64,000 bases of DNA, taken from the NCBI GenBank assembly GCA_951804945.1, contig OX638149.1:85746001-85810000 (forward strand), in the 5' to 3' direction. Both the position numbers and the translations under genes were made by a program. The notes beneath the pieces were generated by a model, which was given only the letters and a program-made list of their open reading frames with translations, made no database searches and was not told the origin of the DNA. The stretch comes from Podarcis cretensis. Lineage: Eukaryota. Positions 1 through 12,000 of the stretch are shown here, one piece after another. Position 1 is the stretch's first letter, and every line of letters starts with the position of its first letter.

Positions 1-860
1 GCCGCCGCCACCCCCCACCCCGCGCCGCCGCCGCCGCTCCGCGTTGACAGGCAGCGGGAGCAACAGCAGCGGCCGCGGCAGCCCTCCCTGCACGCGCGCG
101 CGCAACACACACAAGACGCACACAAGACGCACACACACACTCAGGACACACACCGAGAGAGCCCGCCAGCCCTGGAGGAGGAAGGCAAGCCAGCAGCGGA
201 GGGCAGCGGGGCCAAGCCGCAGCCCAGGAACTAAGGAAGGGCCGCCACTTCTCTGCACGGGCATCATGTGGGTCTGTTTGTAAGAGGGGTTGGGGGGCCA
301 GATCCCCTCTCTTCGCCTCCCCCCCTCGCTCTCCCTCCCCTCCCCCTAGCACAGGCGGCCACACACACGCACGCACACACACCCACACCCCGACCGGGAG
401 GAGGCGGCGGCGAGGGAGCCGCAGAGGCCGCTGGAATAATAAGAGAATTGATTGTGAAAAAGGAAAGCAGAAGAAATATTTCCTGGCAAGATGGCCGACT
501 TGGAGGCTGTGCTCGCCGATGTGAGCTACTTGATGGCTATGGAGAAAAGTAAATCCACTCCGGCAGCCCGGGCCAGCAAGAAGATCGTGCTACCTGAGCC
601 GAGGTGAGCCCGGCAAGGGGGGCAGGCGGAGGGGGCAGGTGCGGCGCCGGGGCCCCGCGCGAGGCGCGCCGGGCTTAGGATGGGCGCTGGGTGTTTGTGT
701 ACGCGAGCGAGCGCATAAATGGGTCTGTATATGACTGAGCTGAAATGCACCGAGCCGACTTGCCCTTGGCCCAAGCAGCAGGGACCGTGATCTACCCCGT
801 CCATGTAGCGGGGTGGAGTGGGGTGGAAAGAGGGCTCGCTAAAGCGGCGTCTTTCCGTGT
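1..860 (+). promoter_or_regulatory. CpG island / 5' end of GRK2
   Basis: Very GC-rich with dense CpG and (GCC)n runs around GRK2 exon 1; the promoter probably continues upstream of the window. Confidence 0.85.
491..603 (+). CDS. GRK2: GRK2 coding exon 1
   Basis: AAG ATG G start; [37 protein letters not shown]; donor gtgagc; in-frame TGA upstream at 455-457. Confidence 0.96.
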
Positions 861-3800
861 ACGTGGTTGTGTTGATATAGTGTGGGCATGATGATGGATT
901 GTCAGGGTGTCCTGTCTCTGCTTCCTGATTCTTCATTCGGCTGCTCAGATCCTTGGAGATCATTCCCCCAGCACCTCTTGCAGTAGCAAACCCCCTCCTT
1001 CTCTGTTTTTTCCTACCCACACGTCACAATTCCACCCACCCCAACACAAACACACATAGTGATTCTCTCTGTGTATGTGTAATATGCAATTGTGTTAACC
1101 ACAGCAGAAAAGCAGGCTAGTAAATCAGGCTGTATATATGCCTATATAGTGCTTTTTTCTGAGCAGTCCAGCAACTGTGTTACTGGGTGTTATGAGGAGC
1201 ATACAGCTTGGCTCTGGCAGTGCCTGGAGTTGGCCTCAAGATGCCCTAACCACGGTGTTCTGTTTTGGGTGGGTGGTTTGTTTGTTTTTGTTTTTGAAAA
1301 TCTGTCTGTACAGACCTGTGCAATTCAGTGCTGTGTCTTGGTAATGTGCTGTTAGATAGCGACCAGGCCTTTGCCCACCTTGCAGCTGCCCTGAGTTCAA
1401 GCAGGAACTGGGTCTGCACAAACAACGTTGCAAGCGTGCACAAATGCAGTGCAAGGTTACCATCGTGCAGATAAGGGGAAATGTGTTAGGCAGGGGCTCT
1501 GCTTCATGTAAGGGCATTTTCTTGCTGGGAGACACAAGTGGGAGCATTAAGTCAAAAAATCTGACTGGTCATCCAGGTGGGTCAAAGGTGCTTTGGTTTC
1601 GGCCAACCAACCCTTAACTCTGCTTCCTGGCAGCAGTTACCAAGGGCAACAGGGTGGGGCCTGACAAGCATCCTGCACCTTCAGCACATGGGCAAATGGA
1701 GGCCTTCCTCGCTCTCCTTTCTTCCCTTCCACCTCCCATGTGACATCTGGCTTACCCTACCCTTCCCTGTTCTAGCCAATAACCTTGGGTTGTCCCCATT
1801 GTGGGAGAAGTCTGTTCAAGCAGAACTGCTCCCCTGCCACTGAAGGCAGGACGGAGGGTCTCTGAGAAAGCTCCAAAGGGCCCTTTTCCGCAAGAAATGG
1901 CAAGCGGCCCTTTCAAAGGATGATGCAGATGTGTTACCATGGCAATGCCTGAAAGCCCCAGCAGCCTCTGTGCTCTTCCCCCCCCACACGGTTGCTGGTT
2001 TCAGTATGGAAGTGCCCACATGGGAACTTTGGGTGAAGTTCCATAGCCTTTGGAGGAAATAATTTTGGGATGCATAGTGACGGTCCAGAGAGCAGCCCCT
2101 TCACTTGCATCACATCTCAGCTAATAGTTGCTCACTGGCAACCCCCTGCCTGCCCGAGTCACATCCCTGAGTCCAGTTTAAGAGAACTGTCTTGGGGTGG
2201 CAGAATTTAAGCCATCGTTTGCCCTTCTGCCCCTCCCTCATCTCTTTCTGCACCCCTTGTGATGACAGTGTAACTGCTACTGCCTTCTCCTCCTTTCCTC
2301 TTCCTCAAAGTACACCAGGGAGGCCTTCAATTCTCCCAGCTCAATAGCCATCTATTTGGGGGGCAGGAGAGGGAGTAGGGGAGTGAAAGGCAATATTGAC
2401 AATATATCTACACAAAGGAAATACTTGTGAAATTTGGCTTTTAGGAAATTGAGCTGGGGAGAGCTAAGGGGTCAGATTGCCAATTAGGGAAGCAAGACTA
2501 TGCCCTAGAAGAAGCCTAAGGATTAAGAGGCGTACATGGAGGTCTTGCTGTGATCACAGCACAGGGGCCTTATTGATAACTTACTGATAGGCAGAAATAA
2601 GGTAGCTGGAATGGTAAGGAAAGCATGGGGAGGAGTGTCAAGGGTATGTACAGAATTTCATTTGTTTGGATTCAAGACATCTGCTGAAAACATGCATTGG
2701 AGACTTCTTCTTCCCATTAGCTAGGAAGGATCAGATACATCTCTTCTGCACATCTCACTGTGGGAACCTTGCTGGGGAACTTCTAAAGTGTGGCCCCATA
2801 AATTTTGCCCGGGAAGCTGATTTGGAGCAGGAAGAGAACAGGGTAATTCCAGAACAGGTTAATTCAGGCAGAATCTGAAGAAATTCTTAGTTCCCCTAAT
2901 CTGAATGCGTAATAACATGTAGATCTTTTGGTACAGCCCAATAGAAATCACGTGGAGGAGGAAACTGGGTTTGGGTGATGAGCAGAGTGTGTGTTTTACA
3001 TTAAAATATGCAAGTCAATATATTTGCATATTTATTTTTTGCATAATTTGCTCTGTTCCTAGCAGTCATGGGAGGCAGTGCAGGAAAGCAGTGCAGGGCA
3101 CAGAATCCCCACCTCTTGACCACTAGAAATTTGACTCATCCTCCCTGTGGCCTTGCACACATATACTGTTGTAGATCAAAAATACAAGAAACTTGCTTTT
3201 TTAAAAAAATGAAAAGCAAGATTTGGGTGCCCAAGTATAATTTATTTCCTTGCCTTGCATGATATCGTCTTGGCACAGCATACATAGTCCTGTTCACAAA
3301 TCACATTATCTTGCTTCTCAGAGACAGAGCATTCACTCTCAGACGCTCCATAGGAAGGTGAGACTTAACAGAAACCACAAGCAGTGTGGCCCTAGCATAC
3401 GTTATCTTTCATCATTGTTGCTTTGCTGGTGGTTGACCTAACAGCTTCCGTGTGTGTGTCTGTCTTGAAACATAAGGGACATACAAATCACACCCTTGTA
3501 GCCTAGGTGGTGCCTCCATTTTTTTATGGGCTGTCTATTGGAATTGGGACAAAAATGCAGATACATCCTCAGGAAGTTGTCCAGGATTGGAACAATAGAA
3601 GGATGGAGATTCTAGAGCAGTGGTGAGGAACCTAGTGCCCCCAGATGTTGATGTACTCCAAATCCCATCAATTCCAGCTGGCACAGCCAATGGTCTGGGA
3701 GTTGTAGTCCAGCAACATCTGGAAGAGCACACCACCCCATCCCTGTTGTAAAGAGAGGAACATCAGCAAAATTGCCAAGGGTGCTGTTGGGTACTTAAAG

Positions 3801-6800
3801 AACTTGAGGCACAAACCCATGGCCCAAATTTCCATAGCCATTTGCATTGGCTAGCTTATATGTATTTAAGATGGTGGGTTTCTGATGCTTATCAGCATTG
3901 CATTTTGCAGTGTGCACAACAAGTCAGTTAAAGAGGGAGGGATGAGTTTTTTAAAAGGAAGAAAAGGGCAGGAGATGCAGGCCAAGTGCAAACCTGGGTT
4001 TTGCCACCCCACCACATCTGGAACAGCACCCCTGAAAGTTGCTGAAGGGGCTGCATCCTCGTTCATTACTGCAAAAGCAGGAACATTCTGTTACATCTGT
4101 TACATTAATTTATGGCATTTATATGCCACTTCATCATTAGCATTTCTAGAAGGCATACATAAAAATAAACCATACAGAGAATAAAACAGTAAAAAAAAAA
4201 AAATCACCATAAAACCAAACATAAATCCAAACCCTACCTTAAAATGCTTGCTGAAATAAGAAAGTCTGAGTCACATGCCTGAAGTCCAGCAATTTGTGTC
4301 TTACCTGTCCTGTACGTAGTTCAGAGGCAGCATTTTATCTTCACAGCCACCCTTTGAAGGTAGATTAAATTTGAGATACAGCGACTTGCTATCCGATGAG
4401 ATTTGAGTCTCTTCTTCCCACCAACCAAGCTCACTGTGGCAGGGTACTGGAGACATGATCCTGAAGATCTGGAAGACTCTGTCTACTCCCTCCTGGAATG
4501 TCTTTTATAGATTCTACACAGGCATTCCAAGAGGGAGTGGAGGTAATGAAACTCGGAACTGCTGCCCATTCAAGATCTTGAGGGAATAAGATCTCTAAGG
4601 TTTTGTTTATTACGGTACATTGCGCCATAAAGGTAAAGGTACCCCTGCCCGTACGGGCCAGTCTTGACAGACTCTGGGGTTGTGCGCCCATCTCACTTAA
4701 GAGGCCAGGGGCCAGCGCTGTCCGGAGACACTTCCGGGTCACGTGGCCAGCGTGACATCGCTGCTCTGGCGAGCCAGAGCCGCACACGGAAACGCCGTTT
4801 ACCTTCCCGCCGGTAAGCGGTCCCTATTTTATCTACTTGCACCCGGAGGTGCTTTCGAACTGCTAGGTTGGCAGGCGCTGGGACCGAGCAGCGGGAGCGC
4901 ACCCCGCCGCAGGGATTCGAACCGCCGACCTTTCGATCGGCAAGCCCTAGGCGCTGAGGCTTTAACCTTTAGCGCCACCTGCGTCCCACATTGCGCCATA
5001 CTTCTCTCCAAAGGAGCTGAGGGCCACACACATTGTATGTGGGATGGTTTAGGTTGTGTGTGTGTTTGACTAACCATCGCCACTCTTCGAACTTCATGCC
5101 AAAGTGGAGAGTTGAGCTGAGGTTGCTCAGGGGTCGCTAATCTGTCACTCTCCACACATCGTTGGACTCCCATTGGCCCTAGCCAGCATGGCCAGTGGCC
5201 TGGGGTGTTGTACTCCATCCACATCTGGAGGACCACAGGTCCTCCCATTCCTCTTCCATATCGTGCAGAGCAGAATTGTGGGACAGGGATAGGAGGCCTC
5301 CCACAACCCCTATTATGGAGCACCCTGACTTTAAATCACTTCCATCGGTTTTCTCCGATAGGCTTCAACACACTAAACCTCCTGCCCGAGCAACCTCCCC
5401 GCTGGTGCAGCCTCTCGTGTCCCTCCTCCTGCCAAAGTCAAGGCCAGCTTCAAAGAAGACCTGTCTCTCTGGTTTGTCTGCCAGGAAATGACGTCACCTT
5501 TGGTCGCAATAGGCTATTTGGGTCTGCTGCAAAGTAAGAAACTGCAGCACACAGGAGAATCAGGGTGACCTGCGTCCTGCTGACCCACCACAGCACCCAC
5601 TACAAGCTCTGCCTTTTTGTGCAGGTTTTATAGCGGAACTAGGAATGTGTCGGAGCCAAGGTGGTTGTGACATTTGTGAGAGGGGAGAATTCAGCTTTGG
5701 TAAAAGGGCAGGGGATTAAAAAGGGGGGTGGGGAGGAAGTTTCTCCTTTGCTGGTTGCTGCACGACAGTGTTGTTTTTCCTGTTAAGGGAACCAAACTAT
5801 TTTTTTCTGTGCATTCATTTCCTTTTTCTGCGCTTGGATATGAAGCCAGTCAGTGTTCCCTGAAGTCAGGCTCTCTCTAGCCTGACAATCTACAAGAGCA
5901 TACAGAAAAAAATAATAATAAACCAGCTCAGATGCCCAGGGATACTAGCAGGCAACTTCCCACTTCCTCCCCAATGGCCTTTAAGCGAACAAGAGCATTG
6001 TCAACAGCTGGCTGATTATTTATAGTACTAACTGCCTCTCATTAAGTCTCTGTGCAAGAGGAACTCGAGGGAGCTGACATTCTCCATAGGCCTTCCCGGT
6101 TGTTAACTAATGCTCTCTTTTTTTCCTAAGGGGGAAAACTGAGGCAGGAAAAAGAGGGCACTAGGACCAATTCTCTCAGACCTTATCTGACCGAGGTTAA
6201 CTTCAGTGACTGAATTTTTGGAATCGGTCTTGTAAACAACACAAAATTTACAAGCTCACGATTGTTCCCCCACCCCCCCTCTGCAGACTGAGATGCACAT
6301 ACAGGCTTGTGGCTTAAACCTTTTTTTTTTAACCTTCCTTTCCTGGTTGCCTAGAACAGATGCTTGTTTGCCACAAGTGACCATGCTAGTTGCTTTTTAG
6401 AAGCCTGGCCTATATAACTGTGCTGCTTTTCCATGGAGCAAAGGTAGTCAACCTAGTGCCCTCCAGATTGTGATAAGGCTACAAGTCCCATCATTTGTGG
6501 CTGTGCTGACTGGGGCTGGTGGGAGTTGGAGTCAGGCAACTTCCAGAGGGGATGATGTTGGGCTACTTGGTTTGATGCTATGAGTCCCAAGTTCAAGTCT
6601 CCGCTTAGCTGCTGCTATAAAAGGAATGACTTGCCTACCTTACCAGGACACTGTGAGAATAACCAGATAATGAGTGTGAATTCCTTTTCTGCACAAGACA
6701 TTTTATGTAATGATATTAATGCTATCATTCAACTGGACCTGCCCCCTGGAGATGGTTGTTATGGAGATGCTTGAGACACATTATCCCAGGCCCATAACAG

Positions 6801-9029
6801 CAGCAGGCACCAGAAAACACAGCCATCCATCATCCTTCCAAGATGTGTATGTCTCAGGCATGGGGATCTCTCCCCCGCCCCCAGGCCCCCATGGTTCACT
6901 AGTTTCAGGAGCAGGAGTTTCTGGGAGGCGGGGGAAAGACACATTCAGTCTAAATGGTTGAAGTAGGTCCTGTTTTTCAGCGCCCTGATATTTACTGCGC
7001 AGAATCCAAGGGGAAAAAATCTGCCCTCCACAATGGGAAAGTGTCTCTTCAGCCCGATCACACTCTCCCCTTCAGAGGCACCCCTTACATTAAGCTCCCA
7101 TAGCTCCTATAATACTACTAATTCCCAGAAGCCCCATTCAGAGCCAGCCCAGCACCCCATTTAATACATGGACTGCAACAGCAGCAACTATGGTTGTTCC
7201 TGCTGCAGACCACATTGGGCACCTTTCTATTGCCATTCAGGGAGGATGCAGTGGCCTCTCTAGGCTAAGCATCCTGATCTCTTTGTCCTCCATTCAGATA
7301 TTTAAAAGGTACCCAGATGAAGGGCTGTTTATTCAGTCAGCACACTCAAGCAATGCCACCCCCCTCCCTGTTCTCTCTCTTCCCCCCTCCCCCCCCCGCC
7401 GCACTGCAGACGGTAACACTTCCAGGCGGGCCAGGAGTGAGTTGTGTGTCTGAATAATGTTCCACATGTAAAACTAGAAAAGCAGTGTGCATGTCAGGGC
7501 GAAAGGATGCAGTCTTATTGGGCTCGGTTTTCTCTGAGGAGTTTTTCATTCCCATCTGGGAGCATTCAAAATGTCACCCACCCCCACCCTCTCACCTGCA
7601 ACCTGAAATGGAATAGTCCAAGATAGCCTTCCCCAGCCTATACAAAGTGGAAGGGCTGCATAATGCTTTCCGTACCGAAGTGGGGGTAGTGCGGGGCGGG
7701 TTTCTGTGGAAAAACAGTGGGCAGGAAAAGGGTTAAGTGGTGATTCCAGTTCTCTAAACCTTCTCTTATTCCCAAAGTTACTTTTTCATAAGAAAGGGGT
7801 GGGGGACCTGTGACCCTTCAGACCCTGGGGTCCAAACTCCCATCATCTCTGTCCCTTGGCTATGCTGGCTGAGGATGATGGGAGTTTGCAAGTCCAGCAT
7901 CACCAGGAGGACAGCAGGTTGAGGAATGCTAGTTTAAGGAAAGCTTTACCAATTGACCGATTCAGTGTTTCTCAAATTTGGGACCTCAGCCATTATTGGA
8001 CTACAGCTCCCATCATCCCTGAACACTGGTCCTGCTAGCTAGGGACGATGGAAGTTGTAGTCCAACAGCAGCTGAGGACCCAAGTTTGAGAAACACTACA
8101 TTAATTGGTCCTGTCTGACTTACCAAGTATCTCATGCAAGTGGTGCAAACTATCACAGAATGTTGGTGCCACAGTCACAGCATTTTCACCATTATTGTGC
8201 CACCCGCACTGCTTCTCATTCATTCCAACCTGCAATGAGGATCTGTACAGTCAGTATGTGGATTGTGGGTGTTGGGAATGCTGACTCAGTACACTTGTCA
8301 AGTGATATGGTAATCTGCGTCTTCCATCATCTGACAAGTACTTCTTACACAAGCTTCCATCTCGAAAGGTACCCGTGCTGCAAATTGAAGCATGCTTTCT
8401 GGGAAGCAAACCCCCTTGAAGTCAATGGGGCTTCTTCCTTCCAGGTGAACATGGTCAGGAGAAAATGGTTGAAAGTGATTTGGTGGCATTTCCAAATAAA
8501 TACATTTAGGATTAGGATTTCTGCCTCCGTTGTTCAGAGGCAGTGTGCTTGGAATCCCACGTGGAAAGAATGCTCTTGTGCCCAGGACCTTCTTCAGGTG
8601 TTCCTACAGGCATGTGGCTGGCCACTGTGACAACAGAATGCTGGGCTAGAGGGGGACTGCTGCCCTTACCCTGCAATGGCCCTCATACTCAGGAGCTTCC
8701 TCTTGGCTGCTTACGCTGAGTCAATTAAAATTTTCTCCATAGAAGGGCTATGTGTGCTGCTTAACCAGCTAAATATCCACAGGAGAAGCCAGGTCATAGC
8801 CCAGCTCTGAAAGATGGCACACGACTTCGAAAGAGAGTTCCAGTTCTTTGTAATACATTAACCCAGCATGAACCCCTGTCTCATGGCCAGACCGTCTATA
8901 GCATTTTCCAGGCTGCCAGGTACCAGGTCTTGCCAACTCATCTTTGAGATTAGTCATTGTACTTTGGGACCTTGGAATTTCAGGTTCATTTTCAACCCAA
9001 AAGGTGCTCTTTCCTAATTATTTGCCTGG

Positions 9030-9086
<57 letters not shown>

Positions 9087-12000
9087 TTTCTTGGTCACTT
9101 TTTAAAATTAACCACCCAGGAGGACAAAACAAACACAGCGACTAAAAAACCAGAATGTATTCAGAACAATGCTTCCAAGATCCAATGTATTATTTCCGCT
9201 GCTTCTCTAGCCAGGAGCCTGTCCGTCCACACTCAGACCACTGTCCTTCTGTCCCTCCTGCTTTTTGATGAACCTTCATTTTCTGTTTAGACTTTTAAAT
9301 TGGCTTCTCTTCCAAATTGCCCAGATGCAGATGCCATTCTAAGAGCCCCAGCTCTTCTTTAAGACAAGAAACAGACCTCTGTTCGTTCACCTGCTAGAAT
9401 GACTGGCTGCCTTTGTAATCTTCCTGTACCTGGCTCCACTTAGCCCCAGATAAAAACACAGTCTCCTTTAAACAGCTGGTTGGTCTTAATTCATGAATGA
9501 AATGTCGGCTATCCAGTGCTGGATCCTTACTGACCCAAAATCTCTTGAGATAAGTGTCTTTTATCTGCAGGCTTCCTGTGATAATAATGGGGGGGGGGTT
9601 TGCAGCAAAAACAGCAAAGGGTATTGTAGCACATTAAATACTACATTTGCTATCCTTTAAGGTACTACAAAACTGCTCATATAATAAGACTTTACCCCCT
9701 CTCCACACCACACCCCCACTTTCTAAACATGTTCTTGGTTCCTCCTTTGACCCTCTAGAGCAGATTTAGGGGGCGCAGCAGGAAGAGAGGAGGGGGAAGT
9801 CTGCTGCACGAGTGGACCTAATTCTGCACATGCAACATCTTAGCTGGATCCTGCCCTTGTTGTTTTCAGGGCAGGGACGGCAAACCTTTGTCCCTCCACA
9901 TGTGGTTGGACTCCTATCAGGCCCAGACAGCGTAGCCAGCGGTCAAGGATGATGGGAACTGGAGTCCGGCAGCATATGGAAGGTCACAATCTCCCCACCC
10001 CCTGCTTTGAGGGAATAGGCCAAGCTGAGAAGCTTCACCCTTGTTAACTTCCCTCACGTGCCTTTTCTCTTGGCAGTATCCGCAGTGTTATGCAGAAATA
10101 CTTGGAAGACCGGGGTGAGGTGACCTTTGACAAGATATTTTCTCAGAAGATTGGTGAGTAGCAGAGCCTCTGCAGGGGTCATGAGTTCAGGCAAGACCAG
10201 CTTGCCTGTGCTCCGGTTAGCCAGGAGTCAACGCCAGTGAGAAGAAATAGGGGGGGCAGAAGGAGGGCCTCCTTTTTAAAAGGGCTGTGGTGGGATTGGA
10301 TATCTGCGGAGTTGTGATGGAAGCTACTTGCTGCATACTCAGTCTCGTCCTTCCCCTTAGGAATCCAGCTTCTGGCCTGAAATGTGCTGCTGTGCTTTGG
10401 CCGCAGGGGCCGGTGCTGCAGTTGCAACTTCTTTTGTCACTTGCTCCTTCACTGGAGTTGGGGAACGCTTGGCCCCTGAATTTGTCCTTACCATCCAGCC
10501 CTTGGAAAGGCCAGTCACCTTCTTCATTCAGATCAGGAGTTAACAAGTCTTCTCCTTCTCTAGGGAGGCCCAATGCAAAGAAAGCCAGTGATCCTGTATC
10601 TATTAATGAGGATTTTTTGGGGGAAAGCGCATAGCTCTGCAAGGGCGGCAGTTGCTGTGCCAGCTCAAATTATCTTGTCCAAATTATCCAAAGTTAATAA
10701 GTCCCTGTCCTGCCTTGGGTCTGGTCAACTCTGCATCCCAGGCTGGTGCTGTAGAGCAGGGGTGGGCAGACTTTGGTCAATCCACTTTTGCCTCTACCAG
10801 AATTTCCAAGATTGACCAACCCAGGCCAGGTGCAAGAGACCCAGAGTTAGAATTAATGAACAAAGGGTGCCACTGAGCACATTTGGAGCCCAGGAATTTG
10901 TTTTCAGCACCATTTTGGGCAAATGTCCAGTCTCAGTTAGCTTTCTTCATTTCAGCAGCCTAATTTTGATTTTGGGGGGTGGGCGGGTCATTTTGTTCTT
11001 GCTAGTTGCTCAAAAATTGGGAGTCAGAACCCCTGAGGATCTACAGCAGATCACCCAGAGATCTCCCAGTAGATTATAATCTACTGTCTCCCCACCCCCG
11101 CCTTGTTCTCAAACCTGAGCTGAGATCTGTGAGCAGCTGAGCTGAGATCTGTACAAATGAATTGGGGAAGGGGGTATTGCTGAGGTCGATGAGGAAATTC
11201 TGCTTCCTCTTGTGCGGCCTGCGACGGTTCCCCGTTCCATCTTCCATTAGTTGTTTGCAGGACAATTGCTTCACTTGAGGGATATTGGAAGAGAAGAGGG
11301 TTCAAAGCTTCTGGACTGGCTCACATGTGAGAAGGTTCTGCCTCCAGGAAGGGGGTGGAGCTGCAGATCTTGCGATTGAATGTGGCCCTGTAGGCCCATC
11401 TTTCTGGCCCTCAGGCTTCTTCCTAGGCCACAGCATATCGCTAGGCCACCCCTCATAGGCCCTGCTGCCCCCACCCTTGACAATGCCTCTCTTGAGTGTC
11501 TGAATGAAGAAGTGTAATTACTCCAGCAGAGAATCTGGACCTGGTGGAATTCCCCTTCCATGCAGCTCTTCAAGAAGCCTTTTAGAAAGTAAGAGTGTCA
11601 GCTTTTTCTGGCAAGGCTCCTGCGCTGTTAGCAGCTGTGTGAGAAGTAAAAAATGCAGCTCATATAGCTTTTTCTCCCTCATAGATTGAAATGTACAGGC
11701 TGGTGGGGAGAGGGGACACACTTTCGCTGCTGAATTTCTGCCTGTCATCTTGCTGAAGGCACAGAAGCCTGCCAGGAAGAAGGAAAATAAAATTCCACAC
11801 CCTGCCACTTACTCCTTTAAAAAAAACCAAAACAAAACAGAGCACTGGTTCCCAATTAGCTAATTACGGAGGACCCCCTGTTTTTCAAAAGCCAAGCCAC
11901 GGACCCCTTACTTTTGACAATTTTGATGACTCCATGGTAGTTACCTCTGCAAAGCAATTTTTTGAACAAAATGTGGTGTAGCCCCTCATAAGCAAAGGAC

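Noticed and set aside
4431-5069. ORFs sharing ANLAVRKH...VQVDK with 33137-33358
   Set aside because: The similarity comes from two Sauria SINE copies, not a protein family.
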